Assembly (NCBI GenBank): GCA_951406725.2
Contig: OX597814.1
Coordinates: 88,598,001-88,662,000 of the forward strand
Length of the DNA stretch: 64,000 nt
Source of the DNA: Octopus vulgaris
Lineage: Eukaryota
Direction: 5' to 3'
The notes under the pieces are model-generated. The model did not search any database and was not told where the DNA came from. It saw only the letters and a list, made by a program, of their open reading frames with translations. The translations under genes were made by a program, and so were the position numbers. Below, piece after piece: positions 12,481-25,751 of the stretch; position 1 is the stretch's first letter, and every line of letters starts with the position of its first letter.

Positions 12481-13491
12481 TGTAGCGTACGCTTAGTGAA
12501 ATTCTCTCTTTCTCTGACATATATAACATAAAAACGGTCGTAGCAGATAACAGCTAATCTTCGGCCACTTGGACCCTGTTGTGTCCACTACTCTGATTGG
12601 TTGGCATTGGCGCAGTTTGTCTCTTGCTCTATTACACGCCAATGCGCAACCCAACCAATCGCAGCTTTCTGATAAGGTCCCGTGACACAGTCTTCTAAAT
12701 TCTTTGTTGGAGACTCCTAGTCCCTATAAAAGCTAGTCACAAACCGTATTTCGTCTTTGGTCCTAGACCTTCTAAGGTCTAACCACTGACCACAGAGCAC
12801 ACAGCCAGTTCCAGCGATAGACTACACCAGCAACAACATGGCGAAACATCAACACTTCGTCTAGCAGCATTCTGGACCTCCATCTCCGTCGCCGCCTTCA
12901 TCTTAACGACGCCAACAACATCTCTACGCACACAGCAACCAACGCTCAGGTTTAACTATTCACTGTTTGTGAATTACTTCACCGTGGTTAACAGAAAGTA
13001 CTACCTGCGAGATCTTCCTGTATCAAGTAACTGTCACAGCATAGTAGCCACAACCGCTTACACGACACGTGATTGAACCGGCTCTGCATTGTAGCCACAA
13101 CTTCTTATTACAGCACTTCAACTATTGTGTACCTTACTACGAACTGGTATTTATCTTCATTGTGTCTGAAATTGTAGCGTCCTGTTATAGACTCTTTCTA
13201 TGCTCTGTATTTTATCTCACACGCATACACCCTTGTTTGTACACACTCATGTACACAGACGGCCTATCTATTATTAATATTATTGTTATTAATATATATG
13301 TACTTATGTCGCACACACAGACACATACTCTGCTAACATCTAAATAAAACCTTTCTCTTAACATTCTACGGTTGTATCATCCTTCTGGCACTTGTATTCA
13401 TTTATCCTTTTCACATTTATTGTAAGCAACCGTGCGGTGTATCAAAGCAGTCATTCATTCGTCACCTCTCCTTTCGCACGGTCGTTCTACA
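12481..13491 (+). mobile_element. Solo LTR (Gypsy-like), 1011 bp
   Basis: CATC|TGTAG...CTACA|CATC: TG..CA termini, 5-bp inverted ends, 4-bp TSD; CCAAT/ATTGG boxes 12595-12660, TATAAAA near 12725, AATAAA near 13343. Confidence 0.85.
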
Positions 13492-13871
13492 CATCATTTC
13501 CGTTTCCCACGGATGTTTTTTTCTTTCGGAAGATTTGTAGCCGTTAGCGTCGCAAGGAATAGGGAATGTGGGATATTCGGCACCCAGACGACGCTTTTAT
13601 TGGAAACAATACATTTATGTCTGCTGTACAAGTCCGGATAGGCCTAGGGCCTCCGATGGAGAGGGAACCTCAATGTTTTCAAAGAGACGTCTCTTCATGA
13701 AATACTCGAGTTTTTGATCTTCGTAGCCAATTTTCTTAACTTCAAAAAAGTCAAGACTAAATATTATGACTCAAATGTATCGAAGTCTTTGAAATAACAT
13801 TTTTTTCCAACTAGAGTTTAATTCTGAACTGGAATAGCTATGATTCTTAATTGTATTGATATCCGAATAAA

Positions 13872-13873
<2 letters not shown>

Positions 13874-13928
<55 letters not shown>

Positions 13929-14027
13929 GTGAGGGAGTGTGTGTGTGTGCGTGCGTGCGCATGCGTACATGTAAGTGCGCGCGTATGTATGTATGCATGT
14001 ATGTATGCATATATGTATGTATGTATG

Positions 14028-14061
<34 letters not shown>

Positions 14062-14225
14062 GGTAGGTAGGTAGGTATGTATGTAGGTAGGTAGGTAGGT
14101 AGGTATGTAGGTAAGTAGATAGGTAGGTATGTAGGTAAGTAAGTAGGTAGGTAGGTAGGTAGGTAGGTAGGTAGGTAGGTAGGTAGGTAGGTAGTAAGTA
14201 TGCATGTATGCATGTATGTATGTGT
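13874..14225. repeat. Compound microsatellite (TG)n-(TATG)n-(GGTA)n
   Basis: Directly visible; source of the PTYL/THT pseudo-ORFs. Confidence 0.95.
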
Positions 14226-14404
14226 ATTATGAAATAAACAAAACAAGAGGAGACACATGGGACAGAGGCACACATGGAACAGCGATTGATGAGGTAACAG
14301 AATGTGTTACGAAAGAACTTTGACACTAAAAATGATACGAATAAAAACTGAAGTGAAAATCAGATAAATGTGTAATTGACGGAAAAAAATGACCATTTCT
14401 AAGT

Positions 14405-14481
<77 letters not shown>

Positions 14482-14967
14482 CGTCTGTCTGTCTGTCTAT
14501 TTGTCTATCTGTCTGTCTGTCTGTACACACAAAATAATAGCTTCATGAATAATTTTTTTTATTATAAAAATTAACCTGAACTTTGAATTGAATTCGGTTT
14601 ACTGAATGTCATGATCCTTTCTACTATGGGCAGAAGACCTCACATTTTGCAAGGGAGGCGCTAGTCTATTACATCGACCACCAGTGCTCAACTGGCACCT
14701 ATTTTATCGACCTCGAATGGATGAAAAATATAGTCGACCTCGGCGACATGAGAACTTAAAGTAGACAAAAGAAATGCTACTAAATTTTTTTTTTATCCCT
14801 GGTGTATTACCGATCCTGCCTTCGAAAGCTTACTGCTTTAGCAAAACGTTTTATCCCACAGTAAAAAAAAAATAGAAAAGCAAACAAAAGAAGCTATACA
14901 CAATGAGAGAAGAAAGCAAAAAAATCAAACATTATCAGTATCGGCGTACGAATGGCTGTGTGGTAAT

Positions 14968-15297
14968 AGGCGTAGGAGTGGCTGTGTGGTAAGTAGCTTG
15001 TTTACCAACTACATGGTTCCGGGTTCAGTCCCACTGCGTGGCACCTTGGGCAAGTGTCTTCTACTTTAGCCTCGGGCCAACCAAAGTCTTGTAAGTGGAT
15101 TTGGCAGACGGAAACTGAAAGAAGCCCGTCGTATATATGTATATATAGCAAATAAGAAAATGGAGGAGAATAATAGGTGGTTCATCATTAAATTATGTAA
15201 ACTTATTTATTTCTTTACAATAACATACATACATATAACATATTATTCTTTACATATTAGATATAAAATATAGTAATATATAAGGATACCAGATATA

Positions 15298-15348
<51 letters not shown>

Positions 15349-15550
15349 ATGTGAGTGTACATGTTTGTGTGTCTGTGTTTGTTCCCCCAACCGATGCTGA
15401 TGTGGTTAAGTCCCCGTCACTTAGCGGTTCAGCAAAAGTGACCGATAGAATAAGTACTAGGCTTACAAAGAATAAGTCCTGGGGTCGATGTGCTCGACTA
15501 AAGGCGGTGCTCCAGCATGGCCACAATCAAATGACTGAAACAAGTAAAAA
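14968..15550 (+). mobile_element. Family B SINE with an insertion in its internal (TA)n
   Basis: GGCGTAGGAGTGGCTGTGTGGTAAG head through GACTGAAACAAGTAAAA tail. Confidence 0.85.
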
Positions 15551-15766
15551 AAAAAAAATTAGATAGTGTATTATGGGTATGGGCGAACACTCGAGTTCCA
15601 GTTTTACAGGGCAGTATTTCCAGGTAACTGTGCAACAGATATTTTGCATGTTTATAAGTCTCCTGTTGCTTAAACAAAATAATTGGCATCTATAGTCAGG
15701 TTTCGTCCTAAAATAATTTATGGCTTCGACCTTTTATGGTAGATTGAAAAGTAAACACACACGCGA

Positions 15767-15804
<38 letters not shown>

Positions 15805-15808
15805 TTTT

Positions 15809-15872
<64 letters not shown>

Positions 15873-16193
15873 CCCCCCCCTCTCTCTCTCTTTCACACAC
15901 ACACTCAAGTATATCTTTTATTTTTTCTTGTTTCACTCACATGACTGCAGTCACGTTGAGGCGCCACCTTGATGAGTTTATCGCAACAAATCTCTCTTTG
16001 TACGCATAAATCAGGTGCGGTACTTATTCTATCGTTCTCTTTGACGAACTCCTAAGTTACGGGGACTCAAACAGACCGACACTGGTTGTCAAGCGGAGCG
16101 CTACACATAAACCACACACACACGCGCGCACGCACACGCACACGCGCACGCACACGCACACGCACACGCGCACGCACACGCACACGCGCACGC

Positions 16194-16242
<49 letters not shown>

Positions 16243-16381
16243 CACACACTCTCTCTCTCTCTCTCTGACTCTCTCTCTCTCACACACACAAGTATGTATG
16301 TATGTCTGTATGTGTGTGTATATACGTGTGTGTGTATGTATGTATGTATGTATGTATGTATGTATGTATGTATGTATGTAT

Positions 16382-16765
16382 AGGCGCAGGAGTGGCTATG
16401 TGGTAAGAAGCTTGCTTCCCAACCACATAGTTCCGAGTTCAGTCTCATTGTATAGCACCTTGTGCATATGTCTTCTACTATAGCCTTGAGCCGATCAAGA
16501 CCTTGTGAGTGGATTTGGTAGACGGAAACTAAAAGAAGCCCGTCGTATATGTATGTATGTATTTGTGTTTGGCCTGCCCACCCTCGTTTGACACCAGACG
16601 TTGGTGTGTTTACGCTCCCGTAACTTAGCGTTTCCGGGATAAGAGACCAATAGAGTAAGTACTAGGCTTACAAAGAATAAGTTGTGGGGTTGATTTGGTC
16701 GACTAAAGACGGTGCTGTAGCATGGTCGCAGTCAAATGACTGAAACAAATAAAAGAATATAAAAG
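16382..16765 (+). mobile_element. Family B SINE, full length
   Basis: GGCGCAGGAGTGGCTATGTGGTAAG...GAAACAAATAAAAG. Confidence 0.85.
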
Positions 16766-18128
16766 AATGTGTGTGTGTATGTATGTTTGTCATTGCTCAG
16801 TTTTATTTCCAGATTTTTTGCCAATAGAGAAAGAGCCGGTTTCTAACCTAGATCGAAGGCTCCTTCATTGGAATTTCAGCATCAACAACGGGCTATGTAT
16901 GTATGTATGTATGTATGTATGTATGTATGTATGTATGTATGTATGCATGTATGCATGTATGCATGTATGTATGTATCTGTACCGATTTGTATGTTTTGCT
17001 TTATGTATGTATTCTCATGCATATAGTTGCATATCTAGAAATGGTCATATATATTTAAATGCTAGCTTGATAAATGTATGTATCTGTGTATGTATGTAAG
17101 TATGTATGCAAACATCCGAGAACCAGGTGGTGGTGTTAACCATATGACTTATTAAGTCTACCGCCCAAAAATTCAAAGGAAGCAAAGAGTTGGAACAAAT
17201 ATCACAGGACACTCCCTACACCCCGACGCTCTATTAATTCTACCAATCTACCTCCATTAACTAGCACTTTGTTGTATTAGCCCCGGAAGGATGGAAAGTG
17301 GGTTTTGAATTTGCATCGGTGGTTTTTGAACTCAGATCGCAGAGAACCGGAACAAATGCCGCAACGAAGTTTGCCCTACGCTCTAACGACTCCACTTGCT
17401 TACAATTCAGTTTACAAGACAAGTAAATCCCGTGGCCCACCTTTGAAACTACAGCTTGTAAGTCAGAAATAAAGCAGAGACCGCATTTTGGAACGGGTAC
17501 CTGGTACCTGGTGGGAAAAAGATATTCACGGCTGAAAGGCTTTTGCTCCTACGCCTACGTAGTATTATAGCCAGGAGGCGAGGGGATGGTCCACTCAGGG
17601 TGACGCTTTTATCGGAGTACCACTTATGAGTGTACTGCATAAGCCAGCATAGGCTCGGGGGCTTCGCCGAGAGCGCGGACAAATTCAAGGGCTCCCCACA
17701 TGTGGAACACACAACGTCACTGTGCATGTCAGAGACATGTGGTTAAACATTGTGTTGGTTTAACTTCTAGTGAAATTGCATTTGACTACAGTCTAATCTC
17801 ACTCAGTACAATTGCTTCTCCACGTCTTATTATTTCTGCAGTTTCGCCAGTTCAAACCTTGTATCTCATAATCCTTTATACCTCAAATCTTAGCTAACGG
17901 CCGCAGCAATAGCAAGAACCAAAACAACATTAGCTACCGCTGCTGCTGCTACAAAATACTACGACTACCAAGGCGACAACATAGTGTATCAAATATATCA
18001 AGTTAGAATACTTGGTGTAACTTAAACCGCAGTCAATGCAAATGGAAATTTAAGCTACTGAAATAAAGTAACATGAAACAGTATATTTAAAGGAATATAA
18101 TACACGAAAAACATAAAATAAATACCGT

Positions 18129-18210
18129 CGACGAGGATGAGATTCGAACTCACGCGGGGAGACCCCAATGGATTAGCAGTCCATCGCCTTAACCACTCGG
18201 CCACCTCGTC
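18129..18210 (-). tRNA. tRNA-Ser (GCT)
   Basis: GACGAGGTGGCCGAGTGGTTAAGGCGATGGACT-GCT-AATCCATTGGGGTCTCCCCGCGTGAGTTCGAATCTCATCCTCGTCG; 82 nt, long variable arm, oligo-T downstream. Confidence 0.97.
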
Positions 18211-18429
18211 GCTAAGTGCCATATGTCATGACAAATAACTTTAAACACAAATGTGCGTTTTGTGATGTCATTTCTAAATATAGATGACATTAACAGTAGA
18301 CATAGCTAGATGATATTTACGCTGTATATGCACATTCACATGCGATTATGGCATACTTGTTTTTCATGAAGATTAATTTTAACATTTTATAGTATTCTGT
18401 CTGTCTCTATCTCTCCCTCTCTCACCCCC

Positions 18430-18469
<40 letters not shown>

Positions 18470-19279
18470 GCACACACACAAGGCAGGTCAGATATATTGC
18501 AAAGATCAACTGAAACTGTATACTGGAACTGTCAAAAGATACAGGTGAAATAAAGGCCGGAAATAAATAACCAAAGAGCGTGTGTCGAGGTAAAATAAAG
18601 AAAAATCATCATGGATTATGTTCAAATTTATATGTTACTGATAGAATGTTGGTTACAACCGAAGCAAAATTCCCCAATACATGCAACAGCGACTACTTAT
18701 AATAGCTACCACATTAGATAGTAGTATTCCGCTTAAACTTCAAAATATTGAAAAAGTTTAGAAGCCACAAAAGCAAAATTCTGACGTTTCGGACAGGGTA
18801 CTTTGTCGAAAATATAAAACCGCGTCGAAATTGATGTTCTTCTTGTTGAACACTTACCAAACTGGTTCCACAACGACACAAACCACCATTGGTTTTCTTA
18901 GACTCTTGTATTTTGCTTTAGTTTTTAATGCTGTTGCTTAGCTCCAGGTCAGTCTTGGCTGAGCTGACCTATAATGACTTCCACGCGTGAGCATCACGAA
19001 CTATATTGTCCAATTTGACCTTTTCTTTCGTGTTCAAAATGGTTGGATGTGATGTTTCTAGCGAGTTGAGTGACAACGTCGAGGTTCCCACGATATTACA
19101 AAATCCTCCACACATACAAGAATCATTCTCTATCTAAACATAAGGGAAAACTTTGAGTAATTCTTCCCCAAAATTCCAGCGAGGACACTGAAAATCGAGT
19201 CAGATACGTTCAAGACCTAAAAAAAGAAGGTAAAAGTTTCAATTTGATGTGATAATTTACCGCAATAAAGTGAGCGAGA

Positions 19280-20330
19280 TTTGTTTCTGAAGAAACCCCC
19301 AGCGTTTTTCTCTAAGGTTAGTGACTTCGTTCAGTTCTTTTTGTTTGACCAACTGGTCCGTATCCAGAGCAGTCTGTACAAAGGCGCATGCTCAAGGGGG
19401 TGGTACAATCAAGCAGTAAATTCATTAGCCAACGACCTTACATCACCAGATATAAATGTGGCCATCAACAGAAGAAAGGTTTCCGAATCGCAAGCACTTG
19501 CATCTATATTAGGCGACTAGAAGTACATGAACTCTTGGTCGTCCCTGATAAGATAGTGAAATAGCAGTGCCGTATAGAGAAATTTTGAATCCCAAGATAT
19601 GGACCCAGTGAATAAGTCAGTGATCGTTCAGATCAGTTACCGTCTATGACCCTTACGTGACAGGGTGGCTGGATTTCTTCAGATATTTGGAAGTTTTGGG
19701 AACGGTCTGCTCTTTATTTTGAGGCTGACATTTTATTTTATTTGTATGATGTGATTGTGGAAGATTAGCCAATAAATTCATAAAAGTTTAGATGTCACAA
19801 GACTACAATATCTAATATGTTACTTAAATGGTAAGGGTGGTTTAAGGAGTATGTCAGCAGTTAAATATGATTATGCATGAATTATATGTGGTTAGAAGAC
19901 AATTTTAACATTGTGAAACTTTGAGAGATAAAAGGGCTTTACAGATACTACAAAGAATGAAGGAACTAAAAGAATCTTGTATGAAACGTGTTTTTCTTTG
20001 ATTTACTGCCAAATGTACAGATGTAATTGCGCAGTTTCTGGCTCCCACGTCCTTACGAAAATTATTTGAATTCTTTGGCTTTATGAATTTCTACAGATGT
20101 TTTATTCCGCACTATGGTAAATGACTTATCTGTTAACTGAATTTTTATGTAATCGGAAAAGGAATAGCAAGAACATTCTTTTAACATCAGAAGAATTGTA
20201 GTCATTTAACGAGATTAAAGAAAAAATATTCAAGACCACTTTATTAACTCACTCGATAGCAGATGCACCCTTTTCTCTGGTGATAGATGTTTTTGACATG
20301 GGAATCAGTGGTTCTTTTATAACAATTTAT
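19280..20330 (+). mobile_element. Decayed Ty3/Gypsy internal region (gag-like and RT/RNase H connection remnants)
   Basis: 20025-20325 translates as IAQFLAPTSLRKLFEFFGFMNFYRCFIPHY and FNEIKEKIFKTTLLTHSIADAPFSLVID, matching Gypsy FLGMVNFYRRFIP and TLL.HP..APL.L.VDAS; the gag part is weak. Confidence 0.7.
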
Positions 20331-21498
20331 TCAAGGTTCTTGATGACTTTTGTCCTTTTTCTTGAGTTTGAAAGTACATAAACACCGCCCCAAGGGAAAT
20401 TAAGCTTGTCAATTTCGTGTCGAGATTTACTGACGATAGAACTCTTGTATTACCTTCTTTAGAATTCGATCTTGCATCTCTGCCTACTTCCATGACGCAT
20501 ATTTGGCGAGATATTTCTACTGAATGACCCTTTGTGCCTCTAAACATAACACCTAAGCGAACATTGTTTGACCAATCAAATCCGCTGGTGTGTAACCATG
20601 TGAGTTGAAATTTTCCCGACAAATAGTCTGATCGAACCTTCTAGAAAAACTACGTTGGGTTGTAAAAAGCTGTCGAACTGGCGAAGCCATCCAAAATTTC
20701 ATATGGAGCCATGTTGCTTTACTCCATGGGATAGTTTCTCATCCTCTTTTACATTTTCTTGCAGAACTACCGATGGCGCTATGATGAGTGTTCTACTTGT
20801 TCTGCCTAGAACAACCTGAAATACCACACGAGGGTTATGTGAGTTATCTTTTTGATATGGTGTTCAAATCATTTGTTCTTAATTTGTTCTCAATATTTAT
20901 GAATTGTCGTCGAATTATTTTTCATCCTATGCTGGAATAAAAACTTATACTTGTTTCATTCAATACCTCTTCAATGCTGTTCTATTTATTAATATTTGCG
21001 TGCGCATTATGAACATAACACACAGCAACAAGTGTTACTCATCTATGATTATTTAAAAAACCTAATAACCACATTAAACACTCTCCTCGAAAAAGCTGGC
21101 ACTTGTTTGTTCCCCCAACCGATGCTGATGTGGTTAAGTCCCCGTCACTTAGCGGTTCAGCAAAAGTGACCGATAGAATAAGTACTAGGCTTACAAAGAA
21201 TAAGTCCCGGGGTCGATGTGCTCGACTAAAGGCGGTGCTCCAGCATGGCCACAATCAAATGACTAAAACAAGTAAAAAAATAAATTAGATAGTGTATTAT
21301 GGGTATGGCCCAACACTCGAGTTCCAGTTTTACAGGGCAGTATTTTCAGGTAACTGTGCAACAGATATTTTGCATGTTTATAAGTCTCCTGTTGCTTAAA
21401 CAAAATAATTGGCATTTATAGTCAGGTTTCGTCCTAAAATAATTTATGGCTTCGACCTTTTATGGTAGATTGAAAAGTAAACACACACACGCGATCTC

Positions 21499-21608
<110 letters not shown>

Positions 21609-22177
21609 ACGCACACATACACACACTCAAGTATATCTTATATCTTTTCTGGTACAATTGTTAAACCGTCGACAAAAATGCTTTGCGGGTATTTCTTCCT
21701 ATAAATTACGTTCTGAGTTCAAATTCCACCGTGGTTGACATTGTCTTTCAGGGGGGATAAAATAAATACTAAATATTTATGTGGATAAAATAGTCAAGTA
21801 CTGTGGTCGATGTAATCGACTTTCCTCTTTGGCCAAGCCCTCATCAACTTTTTAAAGTTTTACTTGAAAAGGAAAGTGAAGGTAGAGAAGGAAGTGCTGC
21901 CTCTCAGCAATTTTGTTAAAAGATGGATGACTGCTGCAAGAGTGGTCCGATGCGCCTGTAAGTTGAAGGACAGTGTGAAGACAACACTTGCCTTAGGAGT
22001 CAGGTCGACCGTGGTTTTTGTGGGGTATCCACGAGCAGCCCTAGGAAGTCTCTCTCTTTCGGGGAATTATTCATTGTTTCAATTTTCTGTTGTCACTGTT
22101 TTATGTAACTTCACATTGTATTGTCCTGTACCGTCCCCAATGTTTTTGTGAACCCTTACTGGTTAATAAAGGAAAGA

Positions 22178-22255
<78 letters not shown>
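22178..22255. repeat. (TTA)n microsatellite, target of the Dong-like insertions
   Basis: Directly visible; further (TTA)n at 22431-22465 and 23757-23868. Confidence 0.95.
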
Positions 22256-22257
<2 letters not shown>

Positions 22258-22430
22258 GTTTGACTTTTGCTTTACATTTGCACAAGCTGGCTCTAAGTCT
22301 CACCCAGAGACCTCAAGAGACAACAATTTGGAAGTTCATGTTGGTGTTATGCCTAGGGTGCCATACATTTGGTTTTGTACTTAGTGTTGTACTAGTGAAT
22401 GCCTAAAAAACCATACGAAAATTATGTTTG
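22256..22430 (-). mobile_element. Short 3'-end copy of the R4/Dong-like LINE
   Basis: Shares ATGTTTGACTTTTGCTTTA...AAGTCTCACCCAGAGACCTCAAGAGACAACA with 22468-22540; (TTA)n on both sides. Confidence 0.8.
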
Positions 22431-22465
22431 TTATTATTATAATTATTATTATTATTATTATTATT

Positions 22466-23756
22466 CTATGTTTGACTTTTGCTTTATGTCTGTACAAGTT
22501 GGCTCCAAGTCTCACCCAGAGACCTCAAGAGACAACAGGTTGGAAGTTCTGTGCCATATATTTGTTTTTTTTTTTTTGGTGTTGTACTAGTGAATGTGTA
22601 ATACATAAGAATAAATAAAAAATTAAAAAAAAATTTTTTTAAATTAAAAAAAAGTTTGTTTTAAACCTTGGGATTACATAGAGAGTATTTTGCGTAGGAT
22701 ATGAGCAGTTCCCATGAGCACTATCTTTTGAATTTCTGCCATTTTGGGGTTTCCTGGTATCTGAGTTAGGTAGCAATCAGTCCCTTTCGCTATCATTCCC
22801 AGGGCACCTATGACAACAGGTATTGTTTTAGTCTTCAGCTTCCACATTTTGCTGATTTCTATTTCAAGATCTTTATATTTGCTCAGTTTTTGGTAGGTCT
22901 TGACAGATACGTTTATATCGATTGAGACAGTCATATCAATGAGGAGGCATGTTCTTTGTCTGAAGTCTTTCAATATAATGTCTGGCCTATTTGCATCTAT
23001 CTTCCTGTCAGTTTGAATGGTGAAGTTCCAGAGGAGTGAGATGTGGTCATTTTCAAGCACAGGAGGTGGATTGTGTTCCCACCAGTTTTTTTCATGGGGC
23101 AAATCTAGGTTTTTGCAAATTACCCAGTGAATATATTGTGCAGCTCTATCATGCCTACTGAGGTACTCTGTAGGCGCTAGAAGACTGCATTTGGAGACAA
23201 CATGGTCAATGGTTTCATTTTGTTGTCGGCATACACGACATGTTGGGCTACTGCCGTTCTTTAATATGTTGGCCTGGTAGTTTCTTGTTGGTAGGCATTG
23301 ATCTTGAGCTGCTATGATAAACCCCTCTGTTTCAGATTTTAAGCCAGAGGCCATTAGCCATTGATGGGTCAGGGCTTTGTCGATATCTGCATTATTCGCT
23401 CTCTTTGGGTATTTGCCATAGAGAGGTTTTTCTTGCCATTTATTATTCAGAATATCTAAGGCCGCAGTTTTGGCACGGGTTTTCATGCGCCTAGCTTTTT
23501 CTGTGCTTGTTTCTTGTATATCTATCTCTAATTCCGAAATTGGTTCTATTCGGAATTCACTTAGATATTCCTTTGCCTGTTTTGTGACTGAGTATGATGC
23601 TTTCTTGTTTTCATGTTTTGAGACAAGTTTTAACATCCAGTCCTCAGAGTTTTTCAGGTAGGTGTCTAGGCCAATTGTAGCAATCTTCATTGTTATTGCC
23701 AGTTGCAAAAGACCACGGCCTCCCTCTTTTCTTGGCAGATAGAGTCGTTCTGTATC
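22466..23756 (-). mobile_element. 5'-truncated R4/Dong-clade non-LTR retrotransposon inserted in (TAA)n
   Basis: RLE-type ORF plus about 210 bp of 3'UTR, flanked by (TAA)n at both junctions. Confidence 0.9.
22674..23756 (-). CDS. C-terminal part of R4/Dong ORF: RT thumb, CCHC knuckle, restriction-like endonuclease (5'-truncated, no start)
   Basis: Frame is open from the truncation point: DTERLYLPRKEGGRGL, LKSETEGFIIAAQDQ, CRVC..HVVSKC, RHD, NRPDII..LLID..KLSKYKDL. Confidence 0.9.
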   Translation of the reverse strand, partial: DTERLYLPRKEGGRGLLQLAITMKIATIGLDTYLKNSEDWMLKLVSKHENKKASYSVTKQAKEYLSEFRIEPISELEIDIQETSTEKARRMKTRAKTAALDILNNKWQEKPLYGKYPKRANNADIDKALTHQWLMASGLKSETEGFIIAAQDQCLPTRNYQANILKNGSSPTCRVCRQQNETIDHVVSKCSLLAPTEYLSRHDRAAQYIHWVICKNLDLPHEKNWWEHNPPPVLENDHISLLWNFTIQTDRKIDANRPDIILKDFRQRTCLLIDMTVSIDINVSVKTYQKLSKYKDLEIEISKMWKLKTKTIPVVIGALGMIAKGTDCYLTQIPGNPKMAEIQKIVLMGTAHILRKILSM

Positions 23757-23869
<113 letters not shown>

Positions 23870-24320
23870 AAAGCGACAAGTTGGCAGATTCGCAACATTT
23901 CGCCTGTCTTTACGTTTTGAGTTCAAATTGCATCGATGCTGACTTTACCTTTTATCTTTTCGGGATCGATAAATTAAGTACCAGTAAATTAAGTACTGGA
24001 GTTAATGCAATCGACTAGACCCCCTCCCAAAATTTCAGGCCTTGTGCCTTTAGTAGAAAGGATTATTATTATAATTAAGATGGTGAGCTGGCGGAATCGT
24101 TAGCACGCCGGGCAAAATGCTTAGCGGGTATTTCGTCCGTTTTCATGTTCTAAGTTCATATTTCGCCGAGGTTGACTTTGCCTTTCATCCTTCCAAGGTC
24201 GATAAATTATTATTAAGTATCAGTGGAACACTGGAGTCGATGTAATTGACTTATCCCCACCCCCAAAATTTCAGGCCTTCTGCCTATAGTAGAAAGGATT
24301 ATTATAATCATTATAGTGAG

Positions 24321-24356
<36 letters not shown>

Positions 24357-24565
24357 GGGAACTGGCAGAATCGTTAGCACGCCGGGAAAAATGCTTAGCA
24401 GCATTTCGTCCGTCTTCGCGTTTTGAGTTCAAATTCCATCGAAGTTGACTTTGCTTTTCATTCTTTCGGGGTCGATGAAGTAAGTGCCGGTTGAACACTG
24501 GAATCAATGTAATCGACTAGCTGCTGCCTCGAAAATGTCAGGCTCTGTGTCTCGTTTAGAAAGAA
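23870..24565 (+). mobile_element. Three head-to-tail family A SINEs
   Basis: Heads near 23870, 24078 and 24357, each ending TAGAAAG(G/A)AT. Confidence 0.85.
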
Positions 24566-24868
24566 TGATTGATGTTGGTATTACTAGACATACAACATGC
24601 AAAATTTCGAAAACTACATAGGGGACAGAAGACGCAAATTAAACACTAAAGACAACTATATTCTCCCTTGGATTCCTAAATGCATATGTAAATATAATAG
24701 TCAAGGCGTTCGGATGTGTATCAATTTTTGTTTTGCTTCAGCCAACATAGAGACGTCTGCTATATAATATCCAGAATTATTTATTTTACCAAGCATAACA
24801 AATGCTTCTGCGAGACTAAACAACAACATATCTACTTAAATAATTAAAAAAAATAAATAGATATTAAA

Positions 24869-25174
24869 GGTAATACTTCAGAACAGTGATCCTGGTACGC
24901 GTCGCGCAGCCGCGCTAGCTAGTCATGATTAGTCGATCCTTACTTTGTGTTTTTGTGTGTTATTTACTTTGTTTAAAAAATTATTTACTTTGTGTTTTTG
25001 TGTTTTATTTACTTTGTTTAACAAAAATTATTTACTTTGTATAAAAAATTATTTATTTTGTATTTTATTTACTTTGCTAGGTAGTTGTTGTAGGATCGAC
25101 TAGTCACGACTAGCTAGCGCGGATGCGCGACTACGCGAGTGCGCGCACCGGGACCACTGTTCTCAAGTAGTACC
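24869..25174. mobile_element. MITE with GG..CC termini and 9-bp TSD (Merlin- or MULE-like)
   Basis: GATATTAAA|GGTAATACTTCAGAACAGTG...CACTGTTCTCAAGTAGTACC|GATATTAAA; about 75-bp GC-rich TIRs; internal TTATTTACTTTGT tandem repeat. Confidence 0.88.
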
Positions 25175-25542
25175 GATATTAAATATGTATTAAACAATCT
25201 TAATTTTGCATGGAAACATAGGTTAGGTGTGTGTGTGTGTATTTACTTTTGCAAATATCCTAAAATATATAATGTGACGCGCGCACATACCTACACACTC
25301 ATATACGAACAGCAATAAAGAATTAAACAAACTATTTACATGGAACCAAAATCCAGAATCGATATAAAACGTGTAAATTTGATCACTCTCGCAAACATGC
25401 CAACATTCTCAGACCCAAATTAAGTAGTAGCATTTTTTTATTTTTTTTCAACGCAATAACCACAACTCTTTATATTAGTATGTTTAAAGAAATAACATCA
25501 TCACTCAATAAATACAGTTATTTTGGCCAGCAATGGGCAATT

Positions 25543-25614
25543 GGGGATATAGCTCAGTGGTAGAGCATTCGACTGCAGATCGAGAGGTCCCCAGTTCAAT
25601 CCCGGGTGTCCCCT
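25543..25614 (+). tRNA. tRNA-Cys (GCA)
   Basis: GGGGATATAGCTCAGTGGTAGAGCATTCGACT-GCA-GATCGAGAGGTCCCCAGTTCAATCCCGGGTGTCCCCT; 72 nt; one A-C mismatch in T stem; oligo-T terminator follows. Confidence 0.95.
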
Positions 25615-25751
25615 GTAGTATAAAGTTTTGCTTTTTTTTTTCTGTGGGGATTTAAAATTGTTTTAGAGATTATTTCATGTATCCCTGAGTCGAGTATCAT
25701 TCAGCCTCAAATCAAAGAAGAACTTCATTATAAAAAAAAAAAACTTCAGGA

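Noticed and set aside
13771-14326. Long ORFs with PTYL/THTH/CVCV repeats (and similar ORFs throughout)
   Set aside because: Translations of microsatellites lacking stop codons, not proteins
17515-17710. RNase MRP-like GCGAAGCCCCCG on the minus strand
   Set aside because: Lacks the conserved GAAAGUCCCC and the matching 3' P4 strand
18778-18815. GAAACGTC hammerhead half-motif on the minus strand (also near 55340)
   Set aside because: CUGANGA box missing; at most a decayed relic
20317-20622. 101-aa minus-strand ORF next to the Gypsy remnant
   Set aside because: Only vague integrase resemblance; cannot be supported by eye
24940-25075. Short spaced repeats superficially like a CRISPR array
   Set aside because: Eukaryotic MITE interior; AT-rich degenerate tandem units without unique spacers or cas genes
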